Shown one piece after another: positions 35,133 through 50,100 of a stretch of DNA of 64,000 nt; within the stretch, counting starts at the first letter, position 1, and every line of letters starts with the position of its first letter. Position numbers and translations under genes: made by a program. Source of the stretch: Mytilus edulis. Lineage: Eukaryota. The notes under the pieces were generated by a model that was not told the DNA's origin, did not search any database, and saw nothing but the letters and a program-made list of their open reading frames with translations. The stretch lies in the NCBI RefSeq assembly GCF_963676685.1, contig NC_092352.1, forward strand, positions 43,338,001 to 43,402,000, given 5' to 3'.

Positions 35133-38100
35133 CTGAAAATACAAAATAATAACTGTACGTTATACAGTAAATTAAGAAATAATTTTGTAGAATGGACTAT
35201 TTGTTTTTCGTTCATTTTTTTTTTTTTTACATAAATAAGGCCGTTAGTTTTTTCGTTTGAATTGTTTTAGATTGTCTTATCGGGGCCTTTTATAGCTGAC
35301 TGTGCGGTGTTGGCTTTGCTCATTGTTGAAGGCCGTACGGTGACCTATAGATGTTAATGTCTGTGTCATTTTGGTCTTTTGTGGACAGTTGTCTCATTGG
35401 CAATCATACCATATCTTCTTTTTGATATTAAAAATGTGAGATTAATAATTGAGATTTCAAGAAAATCTGCATACAGTTATCAGATATACAAATGCAAGTT
35501 CTTATTATTGCAAAACTGTTTAAGTCGCATTATTCACATTAATAAAATCCTCACAATCTTTTTAGAACTTACAGTATGCTAAAAGAAAAATAAATATGAA
35601 TTAAAATTAGGGTCAAAGAGACAATACAATGACTCAGAAACATTATGACATTTAGTGGTTAACATAAATAGTTCATTTACATCACTTTATTTTTACATGA
35701 TGTTTCAGAGTTATTAAATCTATCTTCTTTTTCACCAAATAGTGATACAAACAAATTTTACAATGTATTAATCACTTATTTTTGTATTGTGAAACTACTT
35801 TTTTATGTATTTTTCAATGCTATCTTTTTCATATACATGATATACTAGTGGGAAAGAAAGTAAATTTCTCAATATGTGACAAATATTTTATACATAAACT
35901 TTATATCTAAGCCATTAGGAAACTTCATCAAGTTTATGCTTCAAATATGTTAGAGTGTGCAATTTCTCTATATAAACATTGTTTTGTACATTAACACATG
36001 CTTGTGTAACGTTAGATGACATTATAATGCCCCTGCTATTGCTAAATTAAAGTTGGTCTTGTTTGACTTTTGGTGAGATTTTGATATCTGCGACAGTGTC
36101 TGTTAGAAAAGTTCTGAGTAACTTTAGCCATCACGCTTTAAATTTCAAATTAGAAATGACTGTGTCATTAAAAAAAAATCCTATTCTTTAAATTTTTTGT
36201 ATTACTTTACTTACCACATGATATAAGATAAGATCTGCTAAAGTTGCATGTTTGATTTGATTTGTTCCAAAGAACTGGTATCCGTTCTCTGTTGTATCAA
36301 CTAGGAAGTGTTTACATCTGTCTGATGCTCGGTAAGATATCGTATAACCCCAAACTCTCTCACTAACTCGGACTAAGTAACTACCGGTGGGTTCATTGAT
36401 TAACATAGTCTCAGCATCCATTCTAGGAATAATACCTAAAAGTATAGACATTATTTTTTTATTTTTAAATATTTCAGTTTGTCACAGCAATCTGTAAATA
36501 ATTGTCAATAATAATTCTATATATTATCTAGTGCCTGATAAGAGTAGACTAGTCTGACAGATAACCAATATATATGTCTGTAGAAGTAGACTACTCTGAA
36601 AGGAGAGTAGTTTACCTAACCTTATAATGACTTCATGGTTTAGTTAACAAGCAAGCTAACTGACAATTCTAGGACCTTTACCTAAACAATCAATGCATTC
36701 TGCTGTAACAGTGTAGTAATGTGACCCTATCCCTAAATGAGGCATAAAAATTTAAAACATTCCATTTTTTTCCAAGACTTGGTGTGTAGTATTACATCTA
36801 GCACAGCCAGAATGTTAGCACTTCAGCATGGGTCTTACAGCTTTTTGGTAGTAGTCCTAATGAAAAATTTCCATACCCCTTTATACTTATCATATAAGTA
36901 GATGCAAGGCTGCAGAAGAAAAGGTAGTAAAATTTCAATAGCGGTGTAGCAAACCAATCAAATTCTTTCACTATTGTTTTCCCCCCCCTGTTATTTTTCT
37001 ATTGTCTGATATGTGTAATCGAAAACATGAAGATGTAACTGAGTTATAAGAAAATGTTATGTGTATGTACATCTTTTTAACAATTCAACCTATCTACCCT
37101 TAATAATTTACCGTTCATATCAAGGGTGATGGAAATATAATTTATTCTTCTAAATTATTCAAAACTTGAATTTATTTTCCCTAAAAAATCATGTCTTAAA
37201 AGCACTTTGCTATTACCAGACAGTAAAATACTGTCAAAAATAATTAAAACGTAACCTTTATGTTTTCGAGAGAAAAAACACATCATTTTGTGGTAATAAA
37301 AACATCATAAAGACTTATGCCTTTACAGTATAATGTATGAAATCCTCAATATGTATAATTTTTTTTTTTTACCATGGAACCATTCTGCAGGTTTATTAGT
37401 TTGGGGATCTAGACCAGCACTCCGTTCTCTTTCTTCATCATGAAACCAAGCAATTATTGCATCTCTGTTTTGAGGTCTTGGTGGTCTACTCTTCCTTTTA
37501 TGTGCTTTAATTTTTTCTGAATTTCTGCAAGAAAAATATTATTTATTAATTTGCACTATATCATAACTATAAAGGAAGTCAAATAAAAGGACTTTCTATT
37601 ACATCTTAATGTTTGTTTATGATTTTTTATATAAAGAAATGTTACATGACATAGTTGTACTTCTTGTACCAGAAACATTGTTGCAATGTACTTAAAACAA
37701 ATTGTGTTTGACATTTGTCTAAACAAATATTGATGAGTGTAAAAAATTTGCTTTCCAATGTTCCCCAACTATGCAAATGTCATTTCTACAAGAGCAATAA
37801 CTCTAATATTTGTTTTATAATTCTATCATTTTTTTTCATTAATATTCTAAAGATATGTAGGTGTGATATTGTTACAATGCATATCTCGATACAAACAGCG
37901 CTTATAATAAAACTTGTTCAAAACCTAAATGCCTATCTTAACATTTCTTTTGAATTTTTAATCAAAGTGCAAAAGTGCTGGAAAAGGTACTTGATATATA
38001 CTAAGCAATATGTGCAGGTACTCCACTTTTTGGAACTCAGGCGCAGATCCAGAGGGGGGGTTCCGGGGGTTGGAACCCCCCCTTTTTTTTTGGCCGATCA

Positions 38101-41100
38101 ATGCATTTGAATGGGAGCATATAGCTGGAACCCCCCCTTTTTAAAATGGCTGGATCCGCCCCTGGAACTAGTACGAGATAATATCCTTTAACACAAACAT
38201 TTCCTGTATCAACAGTTATCAATTATGTTTTAAACACTGTTACCATTATGAATATAAAATACAATGATTAACTTTTAATTTATACAGTCAAAAGAAATAT
38301 GGTTCATTATTTATAATATTATTGAGAAATTTTCATTCTGTATTTATTGTCTCATACCCAAGTATCATGTAAATTCAAGCACAGCTGTCATCAATATTAT
38401 TTCAATTTTAATCTGTCAAGTCTATTGCATTTAACAAATCGTTATTACCATAAACAAGAATGTGTCCTCAGTACACGAATGCCCCACTCGCACTTTCATT
38501 TTCTATGTTCAGTGGACCGTGACATTGGGATAAAAACTCTAATTTGGCATTAAAATTAGAAAGATCATATCATAGGGAACATGTATACTAAGTTTGAAGT
38601 TGATTGGACTTCAACTTCATCAAAAACTACCTTCACCAAAAACTTTAACCTGATGCGGGACAGACGGATGAACAGACAGGCGGACAGACGGATGAACGGA
38701 CGAACGGACGCACAGACCAGAAAACATAATGCCCCTCTACTATCGTAGGTGGGGCATAAAAAAGTCTTCCAATAATCAATATAAATGTATACTTAGCACA
38801 CTCTTTTTTGGAATAAGAAAACAGCAAAAAAACTCAGGAGCCTGTAATTCAGTGGTTGTCGTTTGTTTAATGTGTTACAAATTTGTTTTTCGTTCATATT
38901 TTTATATAAATAAGGCTGTTAGTTTTCTCGTTTGTTTTACATTGCCATTTTGGGGCCTTTTATAGCTGACTATGCGGTATTGGCTTTGCTCATTGTTGAA
39001 GGCCGTACGGTGACCTATAGTTGTTAATTTCTGTGTCATTTTGATCTCTTGTGGAGAGTTGTCTCATTGGCAATCATACCACATCTTCTTTTTTATATTG
39101 CCAAGTAATATGGTGGTAATTTATCTTAAGAGCTTCAATGATAAAGATAACATGTTAACTAAGACCAAATTTAAACTCTTTATAAGATTTATGATTCTTT
39201 AGATAGATATAAGAAGATGTGGTATGAGTGTCAATGAGACAACTCTCCATCCAAATAACAATTTAAAAAAGTAAACCATTATAGGTCAAAGCCTTCAACA
39301 CGGACCATTTAAATTTAACATCATTTATCATTGCCAAGTATTCAGTCCAGAAGCCCCAACCTCCTTTTTGACCTTTTATTTTTATTGAACAACATGAAGA
39401 GGATACAAGTTACTTCTAGACTAAAAGACTACATAAATACAATTAAGCGGTTAGAGAAATATTGTGAAAGTGACTTTTTGTGATGAATTGATTTATATGA
39501 ATACAATTGTAGTACACAACAAACTTTTTTATATATATTTTTTTTTGCTTGCCTCTTTCAGAAGCTTTTTATAGAATTGAGAGACGTATTGAAAAGAAGA
39601 TATTTGAAAACAAGAATGTGTCCCCAGTACATGGATGCCCCACTCGCACTTTAATTTTCTATGTTCAGCGGACCGTGAAATTGGGATCAAAACTCTTATT
39701 TGGCATTAAAATAAGAAAGATCATATCATAAGGAACATGTGTACTAAGTTTCAAGTTGTTTGGACTTCAACTTCATCAAAAACTACCTTGACCAAAAACT
39801 TTAACCTGAGGCGGGACGAACAGACGTACGGACGGACGGACAGACAGACAGACGAACGCACGTACAGACCAGAAAACATAATGCCCCTCTACTATCGTAG
39901 GTGGCGCATAAAAATTGATCTCATGCAAGTAACTAGCAGCTATGACTTTTTAGGCATTACTTTCACATATGTAAGCTAAATGATGGATCACCCTCATTGA
40001 TGAAATGTAAATTTACTCTTATGCCCAAGATGTCAAAACAGAGAAATGCATTATTTAGTCCAAAAAAAATTACTATCATATAAAAGAACAGAGTTAAAAT
40101 GTATCCCACATGTTGCACACATTTTATCTATCCAGGACAATAATTAAAACTTTTTTTTGTTCTTTTAAACAATGTATAAATGTTTTAGAGGAATGAAGGC
40201 TTCAAAGTAAATGCAATGTGATTTTCGTTATAATTAATTTATGTGATTTTCGTTATAATTAATTTTTCAAAGGGGCATAACTAATTAAAAATATACAACT
40301 GATCAGCACTTATTTAGAAAAGTGTCAAAGACATGGCTGAAATAAAGCTATGATATAAGTTTCCTAAAATTCATGCAAGAATTGTACACATGAAAGCGGT
40401 AACAATCTAATTTTCCATATAATTAATGTTTGCAATGGGCATCACTCTTTTACAAATAATTAATCAGCACTGATTTTTGAAATTTGTTAAACACATTGCA
40501 AATATAAACCTATGATAAAAGTTATAAGTTTTATAAAAATCAGGCAAGAATTGTACACAATAGAACTTATGATGCAATTTTCAGAATGATGGACATTATT
40601 TCTAAGTCCTCAGTAACAAGTTTGTGGGGGAACAACTAACTGGTTAATACTGTTTTGGATCTGAAAACAACACCTCTTGTTCCTTTGTTAAAATTAATAA
40701 GTAGCCATCCAAGAACCAGTACATTTATATGATCCATAATTTTGAATATGCTATTAAATGACTAAATTCAATGAAGTGAAACTAGCAGGTGCGTAGCTAC
40801 GTTTACGTCAAAACGCCCGGGCGTACACTTGAATTTTGTTAATAAAATATTTTAATGTATAGAAAATAAAAATAAATTGTTAGAAGCACATCAGCTTTAT
40901 AATTCTTTCTTCGTTGGCTTGTAATTGCAGATCAAATTGACGAAATTTACTTTACAGTCAAATGGTATCATATCATTTATTTGTTCATTTTCTGTCAAGT
41001 CTGAAGCTACTGTGAGTTTTATACTCCCTTCCCTTTTGTTTTAAGCAATCCTTTATCTCTTTAGATTCGTTTTGTGGTTTACAGTTTTGTCGAGCCTGTG

Positions 41101-44100
41101 ACATACATTTGTTTTTAGGACGCCAAAGCGATCCTAAATTTCGTCGGCGGCGTCAATATCTAGGTTTAGTATGTTGAAAAACTTATTTTTTAAATAATAA
41201 TAAATTTGCCAAACCTTTGTGAAATTTTCCGGAAGTTGAACAGAAACTGTTTATGGTCAAAAGAGTAAACTGACTGAGAGCATAATATTGAAGTTAGTTT
41301 TCCTGTGTTTTTCGGACAAAATTAACAGGTATTAAAAGTTAAAGTGTGGGGGTTAAAAAAAAATTACACAACAAATTCATTGTCAAAACTTCATCGAATT
41401 ATATAAATGAAACTTCAGTAGATTCCAAGCATTTTATACAATTTTTGTCTGAAGCAAAGTTTTGAAAGTAAATTATTTGTTTATTCATTTTTCAGTATTA
41501 TACTGATAGACTGTATGGCTTTTTTATAAATTATCAATGCATCAATCTCCATAAATTGTCATGAAACTTGGGCCGAAACTAGTACTCCAGATCAAGAAAA
41601 AATATCTAAAGAAAATGTTGAATTTTTTTAAAATCCTGTAATGGACTGATAAATGGATTCACTTTTTGCGGGGGGGGGGGGGGGGGGGGGGGGGTATCCT
41701 CGACAAAAAAAATCAGGGTTCCACAGAACCCTTTACGATATCTAGCATTGCACCTGAACATTTCTGAAGATTAATGTTCATTTACGAAATTTGGAAATAG
41801 AAAGGTGATTTTTGTTGGTTAATTGCTTTACCCTCACAGCTCTTTTAAAACATATTTAAAAGCTACTGGTTTTGACATTATCTCTGAATCCAATGACCAT
41901 TATATTTCAAATTATCTTAATGAATAATTTAACATAACAAATAGACCATTTAGATTCTAAAGTATGTTGCTACTGATGAGTTTTAATGACAGGAATGGTA
42001 TTCATTCTCAACAAATCGTTAGCTTCTGGGGGCCTCGCTCCCTAGATCTAATCCACTACCAGAAATTGTTTGACATGGATCAGCGTGGGGTCCTCAGAAA
42101 TAGGACCATAAACAGACCCCACACCAAGGTTCGGGCGTACACGTAAAAATGACCTAGCTATGCCACTGACTAGTAAATAATCAAAACTCTAGATATCAAA
42201 AATGCATTTCGCCACACTTTCAGATGTTTGTGTAGACAGAATTTATGAGGTTTTGTGCAGAGTATCACTAGCAAAATTAAGTAAATTTTTTGAAAAGAAC
42301 ATCCTGGTTTGCCTTTGGAATGGGGCTGGTATGATATTTAATTTTTTTTCAAACATGCCCCTTCCAAATATGTGGAAGAATATAGAAGTATTCAGTGAAT
42401 AGGGAGTAGATAATCACTGAGTCTGAAAATGCATTTTCAGGTAAAGCATGCTTGCATGAAGGTTGATATAAATTTCAGGAAGATCTGGTTTGTAATTCCT
42501 GAGAACAGTTTGACTAAGAATTTAAAGGATATATGGGCAGACAGACACAATAATGGAAGGAAGGAAAGACATAAATCATGATATATATATTAATAAAATA
42601 ACCAAAAGAAGACCACTACTATTTCTAGGAAATACAGAAACCCTTAAAAAAAATCTGTTAATTATTTAGAAATTTTTGAAAATTGAATCTTTATATTTGT
42701 ATAGGTTTGAAAACTGAATTTCTATGTCTATAAGTTTGTTAGGAAAGCAAAAGTTTTTCAGAATTATATAAATTTTTTGATGTGTGAAAATAAAAGTATT
42801 AATATGAACTTCAAGAAGGAAGTAAAATGTCTACCATAACCTGTGTACACACTTGACTTACCCGTTGTCTTCTCTAATAAATAAAAAATATATATACTTA
42901 GCATACTTAGATATTTTCCTTATAATTATTTAAATTTTGAACTGAATAGTTGCGAAATAACATTATTACAGTACACAAAAAAAATAATTTAATTCTTTTA
43001 TCATTTAACTCATCAAATTCGCAAAAAGGATTGATCTGTCGTTCCTAAATTAATTTTTCAAAACCATCATCAATTAATATAAATTATATTAAATCTATCA
43101 GAAAAACAAACTGTACTTTTAATTCCTTTTGCAAACTAATAAATTATTTAATTGTTAACTAATATGTTTTTCACACCACAGCTTCACAACCACCACACTA
43201 AATTACTATGAAACTAATTAAATAAAAACAAAATGGATGATAACTTTTGTAAAGTGGTATTAAATCAAAAATTATTCTAGCAAAATAAGTCATGCCAATG
43301 CAGCCATGCTTCCAAATAGAACAGAAATATAAGAGTTTTAAAAAAATGCATTTTTGCTATTTATTAGTGATTTGTTGTTAATCATACTGGTACTCTATTT
43401 GAACAAATACCTATATCCAGAGACTTAATAAATCATTTAATATGCAAAAGTCTAGCAGTTTCCAGTCTTAAGCGAAAATCAGAAATTTTCTAAAAATATT
43501 GACAACTTTACCCATTTTTACAATCATATTTACTCTATAAATTCACAACAGCTGATAAAAAATTCATGGTTCATTAAAAAAAATAATCTAATTTAAATTC
43601 TATGTACTAACATGTGCAAAATATTATGCATTACTAAAAAAAACTGATGGTGTAGGACCCTCATGGGTAATCAAGATTGTTAAAAAAAACCTTCTCGATA
43701 TAAAAAAAAAAGGTTGAGATTCTATATCGAAAAAATAGAACTGGTCACCGTTCAAACCAAAGAATACATCATTCTCTTCAGCTATACTGTGAAAATATGT
43801 GATGAAAATTCAAAGTTCATTCAAAATACTGAAAAATTCAAGGACTTGTCTGACTGATAAGTGGCAACATGTTACAAGTCATCACTGTCAAGCTTTTTAC
43901 TAAACAAGGCATTCAGTTTGTTTGGTAGTTTGATGAGAGAAAAACTTTAATCAAGTCACTGTTAATGACCTTTAAGAACAGTTAGATATGCAAAATAAAG
44001 TCTTTAAGTTTTGAAAAGATAAACAAAATGAGATTACTGGAGAGATGGACCTTGCTGTCAAAAATAAGTTAAATGCTATTTTTTTTTCAAAGGCAAGTTA

Positions 44101-47100
44101 TACTGAGGTATCTAAATATAAATACAACATTTTTTTTTTCTGAATACAATTCTCGTGTTTGAATAATTTTGTTATAGGAAATATTTTGACAGCATGGCAA
44201 AAATCATTAAATAGAAGATAAGGATGAATGTGTATGTTAGCCTCATTCTGAATTAGAAATGGTAGGTCTTTTTTTTTCTGCATGTCTGGTAATTCATGAA
44301 ATCTCTAGTTAACTTTTGGTTAGAATAATTGCAAATTATGGAGTTAGCTCCCCTATAATATTAATTTCTAGTGCATTTCAACCAAATTATATCTTAAAAT
44401 AACCGAAAAGGAAAAGGAAACAAAATTATATTCGTGCACCATTATATATTTTGAACTTTAATTAAGTTAACTTGAGCAGGTTTTTTTTGTCATGTTTTCA
44501 CCAATGTCTGATTCTAAGCCAGATTGGCACTTTTATAAACATAAATTTGTACTATAATCCCTACTCCAAAGTCTTCTCCACTTTTTCAAAGAATATATTT
44601 GTTCCTGAAAAACGAGTTGATAGTCATTAATAAAAAATAATCTGCAGCCCAAACTTAAAAAAAGCAAACATACTTTGGAGGTAAAGGAGGTTTATCTTTG
44701 CCTGAAGCAAAAGCAGAAACTGCAGTCAAATTTCGAGCCACATGCCTAAATGAGTTTCTGACTTCCTCCCTGGCATCACGTGCCAACTGTCTCATCTGTA
44801 CTTCTGCATCTTTGGCTCTCTTTTCTAGAGAAAAAGAAAGCATGGTATTGTCAGTAACATACATGTTATCATACATATACAACAATAAGATAACAAAAAT
44901 TAATGTCAAATGAAATATGATTTAACAGTTTTATGGTTAACAGTCCAATTTTTGATGTGTTAAAATATCATGTATTAAGAACAATCCTGACTGAGCCATC
45001 ATTTCAAATTTCCGTTTTTAATGGTGTTTTAAACCTATACCAGGTAATCATGATAATGGTGTCAATAGCAGGCTCTTGCTATAAATTGTTATATTTAAAA
45101 TAAAAGGTAGATATTCACTTAATCACAGGACTGTGCTGCAAGCTTTCTGTACATGCATACACAATACAAATGCAATGAAAGCTCATGCTTATTAAAGAAA
45201 TGAATCTTTTTGTAAATAATACTTCAGATATATAGATTACAAAATTCTTTGTTACATTTTATTAAATTTATTAGTCTGTGTACTGAAAATTAATGTACAC
45301 ATTTAGTAATAAAGTGTATCATGAATTCATTATTAATAGTGGGATACCAGATTTCAGGGATTTCATTGAAATAAGTGAATCACGAAATCTAATGTTCAAA
45401 GAAGATCAAATATTCTAAAATTAATATACAAACATTGACAAAATCATGACTTTAAAATTCAGGGCTTCCAAAAAACATTTGAGCCAGCCGGACATTTTAT
45501 ATCTGATCCCCATTTTAATCCCTTAAGACTTAGTCACAAAAGGCAATTATGGTAATCAAATGGCCATTCCAATGATAATGACATTAGATTAAAAAACGAT
45601 TTTAAACTTTACTTTGATATGAATTTGATGTTAGGATGTAAACTGTTAAATGGGCAGTGGTGCATCATTCAAAGTGTGCACATCAGTGTGCTCATATCTG
45701 CCATAGACTCTTTATTTGTGCAAAACGACATGTCAAAAACTTTATTTTCGTTTTTAAAATCATGTTTTTCTAAACCGGATGTTGCCTTGACAATGGTAAA
45801 ACATGGACCATAAACGGATACGTAAAATCCGTGTACGTTTACATAGCATGACTGAGTGAAGAAGCTCTTTCCACGTTATTTCTTCAACAAAATACTTGAA
45901 ATGAACGTTTAGATACAGGTATCAATGATAATTTTAGCATTTTGAAGAAATAAAGGATGCATAATTAAATTTCCCACCTTTGCACATGTGCACACATGTT
46001 CTAGTTCATTCAACGTAGTTCTGACGATTTTCATTTAAACCTTTTAAAATTTCTCATCAAATCATGTAGACAAACTAATTTCTTATAATTTTAATCTTTT
46101 GGACTAAATCAATGAGCTACAAACCGCTGAAATGTAAGAAAATAATTGTGAATAGACCGATCAATTTGTACGATGTCCGGTACTGAACATAGTTTACCTG
46201 TCACCTGAACAGGTAGATATCACCTGTCCAACAACTAATTAGCCTTGATTAAAATTAGAAAGTATTGAAGTAGGGGTTGTTTTGATAGTAATTAATCATC
46301 ATGTCACTTTTATGACCGGAAATGTGTGGATGTTAAAGGCAAAAGGTTGGGTCAAAAAGATCGTGAATTATGTTAAAATGACAGAAAAAGCCTTGAAAAC
46401 TAAAATGTATATGACCGTTTCATGCTTTGCCCAGCAGGACTTTTACCGGACATTACACAAATGTCCGGAATATATGACCGTTTTGGAAGCCCTGCTTTAA
46501 ATATCCCTACATCCAAGAAAATTTGTACCTATGGAAGTAAATGAATCCACTGTATATGCTTTTATTATTTTATAGTGTGTCTTCCTATGTTGTGATGTTT
46601 TACTATTGTTTCAGGTTATGATGAAGGTTGTTTCCTAAAACACTAAAACCTGCTGCATTTGATTGCATCTGTCCTAAGTCAGGAACCTGATGTTCAGTGG
46701 TTGTAATTTATTGAAGAAGTTCATAAGTGTTTCTCTTTTTTTAATACATAAATTTCACCTTTGGTTTTCCTGTATGAATGGTTTTAAACTTGTCTTTTTT
46801 GTGGCCCTTTATAGCTTGCTGTTCGATGTGTGTGTTAGCTATAACAGTTTACTTTTACAAATTTTGATTGAATGAAGAGTCGTCTCATTGGCACTCATTC
46901 TATTTACATATAACCAACCTTGTTCTTTCCAAATGGGTTCTACTTCTTTACTCGTTTCTAATGCTTGTTTGTCTATAGAATCTCTCATGTGCTTCCATTT
47001 CATATAAAGTTCACTACTTCTACGTTTTTTATTAGTCTCTACTCTCTCCATTGATTTACGTCTTTCCACAGCAAACTTTTTCTAAAATATTACAAATGTA

Positions 47101-50100
47101 TCCATGTAATAAATAGTTAATAGTTGTAAAGTGTGTTAAAAACAGGAAAATATTTCCTCAAATGTTAGTCCATTGAAAACAATAATCTCATTTAATCCTC
47201 AAATATTACAAGTTTGTTATAGGAGGGTTAGGTGCCTGCTAACATGATAAACCCATCCACATTAGATATGTGCCTGTTGGAAGTAATTATAGGAGCCTGT
47301 AATTCATAGGTTGTTATTTGTAGGTGTAAATTATATTTGTTTTTGTTTATTGTTTTGTACATAGACAGGCTGTAAGTTTTCTAGTATGAATTATTTCAAA
47401 AAGTCATGTCAGGGCTTTTTATAGTTTGATACTAGAACACACCCGTGATATCGTGGGTCTTTGGATTTTAATCAACAAGACCTTAAAAGACCTAGAATTG
47501 TCTAAAGTATGTTTGTTTATTTAAGAATTGAATGCTTATTTTTGTAACTTCATTGGGGTGTAAAAGCGTTGACCGAAGTACATTCTAAAAATGTGCGCAT
47601 GGTCAACGCTTTTACAACCCTATGAAGTTACAAAAAGAAGCATTCAATACTTATAATTACATTTTTTAGCTATGATCATGGAAACATGAATTTTATATTT
47701 GTTTTATTTAATTGACCTGTGCACTTTATTGTGGGACCACGTGTTATCATGAATGATAAGTTTTATTGAGTAAGGCAATTGCTTAAATAATAACATGTGA
47801 TGTGCAGTTAGCCAATCAGAATAAAGTATTATAATGAAATATACATCTAATGTAATTATTTGGTAATAGTTTTGTCCTCAGGTGTTTTTGTTTTCTCTTG
47901 ATATGAACACACACAATAAATTTTTATAATTTAATTTGGTTGATTATTAGATAGCAAATTTCTGAACAGAAAATAATATTTGTGTTTATCTTGTGAAAAA
48001 ATAAAAATGATCCACAAAAAAATATATAACCAAATAAAAAAATAAACCTGTGACAATTCTACTTCTGTTGGTATCAAGTTGCTTAAAATCAAACCAAAAA
48101 TGACCCCAAAATTTTTTTTTTAAAAATGTAGTTTTATATACAATATATAGGGGAAAATCTCAAGTGACGAATACTTTTGGCCACACTCTGTACATCAAAT
48201 GTCTTGTATTTACATGCTAGTAAATCATGATTTTTTAGTTCTTTGCAGAATATATATATTTTTTTTTAAAGCAAACCAAAAATCCTTGACTTTAAGCGTT
48301 AAGTTTAGGCAGTTGAAAAACTCTTTAGGTTATGGCCATTATTTTTGTACTTTTCATCATATAATTTGTCAGTAAAAAACAAAAGCTGTATACTGTCAAA
48401 AAGTTCTGTTTAACACCATTGTATTGAACAAATAGACAGTTATAGAGAATATTTTTTTTATTTACGAGGGGGGCACTTCAAACTTTTTTTGGTAGGGGTG
48501 AGCAGCTGAGACATCAAGTACCCCACCCTTTTCATATATTTTGTTTATCAAAAATATATACCTTGTCGTATATCAATTAACAAAAAAAAAAAAACCTTTT
48601 GATATATTTGAATATTTAAAAAACAAAAAAAATTCAAAAGACAATTAAAGATTTTTGGTCAGATAAGTGTAGTAACACTCCAGAGAGAAACACTTTCACT
48701 GAGTTTAATATTGAAAACTAATCAAAAGTTACATTGCCGTTCCCTCTCATAGATGACACAATGGAATTTCTTCAAATAATTGTTATCATGAAACACAGAG
48801 GCGGATTAAGGGGGGAGGGGCCAGGGGGCCCAGGCCCCCCCCCTTTTCTGGGAAAAATTTGGTTGCTTATATAGGGAATCACTGAAGCATGACCGGAGCG
48901 GGCCCCCTCGTAGGCAGTCAACGAGCCCCCACTTATGAAAATTTCTGGATCCGCCACTGCTTTCATGTAAACAAACCTTTGAAGGTTAATTAGGTGCAAA
49001 TGTCAAAATGATGAGATTTACAGCATCTATACTAGCATCAGTTGAAATACTACATTGGATTACATAGAGTTTAATTTGTTTGACAAGTAGCTTATGCATT
49101 TACTACTGTGGTTTAACCCCATCACAAAATAATAAGGACATCTGATTAATTTCAGATACTTATGATATAATCAAGCAAGTGAAAATATCAACCTATTGAG
49201 ATATATAAATCTGAATTTCTCACCCTTTTGATATATCATGGAGCATGAAAAAGTGATCTATTCAAGTGGCTCATCCCTACCACTCATTACATAATTACAT
49301 AGTAAGAGTTTGTAGTCCTTTTTAGTATGTGTTTTTTTTTTTTGTTACTCTCCACTAGTTTTGAAACTTTATAACTGTAAGTGTAGGTTTTTTTTTCGAT
49401 GTATTTATTATCATGAAAATTGTGACAGAAAGTTTTCTCAATAATATAAAAGTTGAATTCAAATTGTAATACATGCAGCGTTATTTGTATCTAGCATTTT
49501 GCAATAATTATCTTTTTCATATGTCCATTCTTGAAAAATTGCAATAATAAATACCGACAGAATTTACAGTATTTGGTTTACAGATAGAAATATATTTTTG
49601 AAATATACATGTGGTGCATCAACTTAAAGTTGGTATCTTGTTAGTTTGTATAATATAAGTTGAGACTATGACAATAATTTTGCATACAAATAGTAAAAGT
49701 TGTTACTGCAAGTATATGTATATTTTATTTCAAGAACATTCAAAGAATCTGTGCAAAGATAAATCCATGCAGAAATTCAAACAGGAAACTGATATATAAA
49801 AGGTATATGAAAAGTCAAACACACCTATTGAAATGCTATATGGAACAATGCTTTGGGGTAAATGAATAAACATTAACAAAGAACTCATATTTTGTCAAGC
49901 TACTAAAAGCTACACCCGAAACCAAAGCTTTTAAAAAACAAAATAAATATAAAACTGTAATAACTTATAAATAATTAAAATCAGATTTAAATTACAAACT
50001 GTGAATTTCGCATTTATTCTTTTATTTTAATAAATTACCAATTTTCATGGATATTTACCTTTATTTAATTATCTTATACAACTGTTTCAAAAAAAAAATA

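Noticed and set aside
41670-41694. Poly-G as a functional G-quadruplex
   Set aside because: Lies inside a transposon remnant, and homopolymer length is error-prone; no supporting context.
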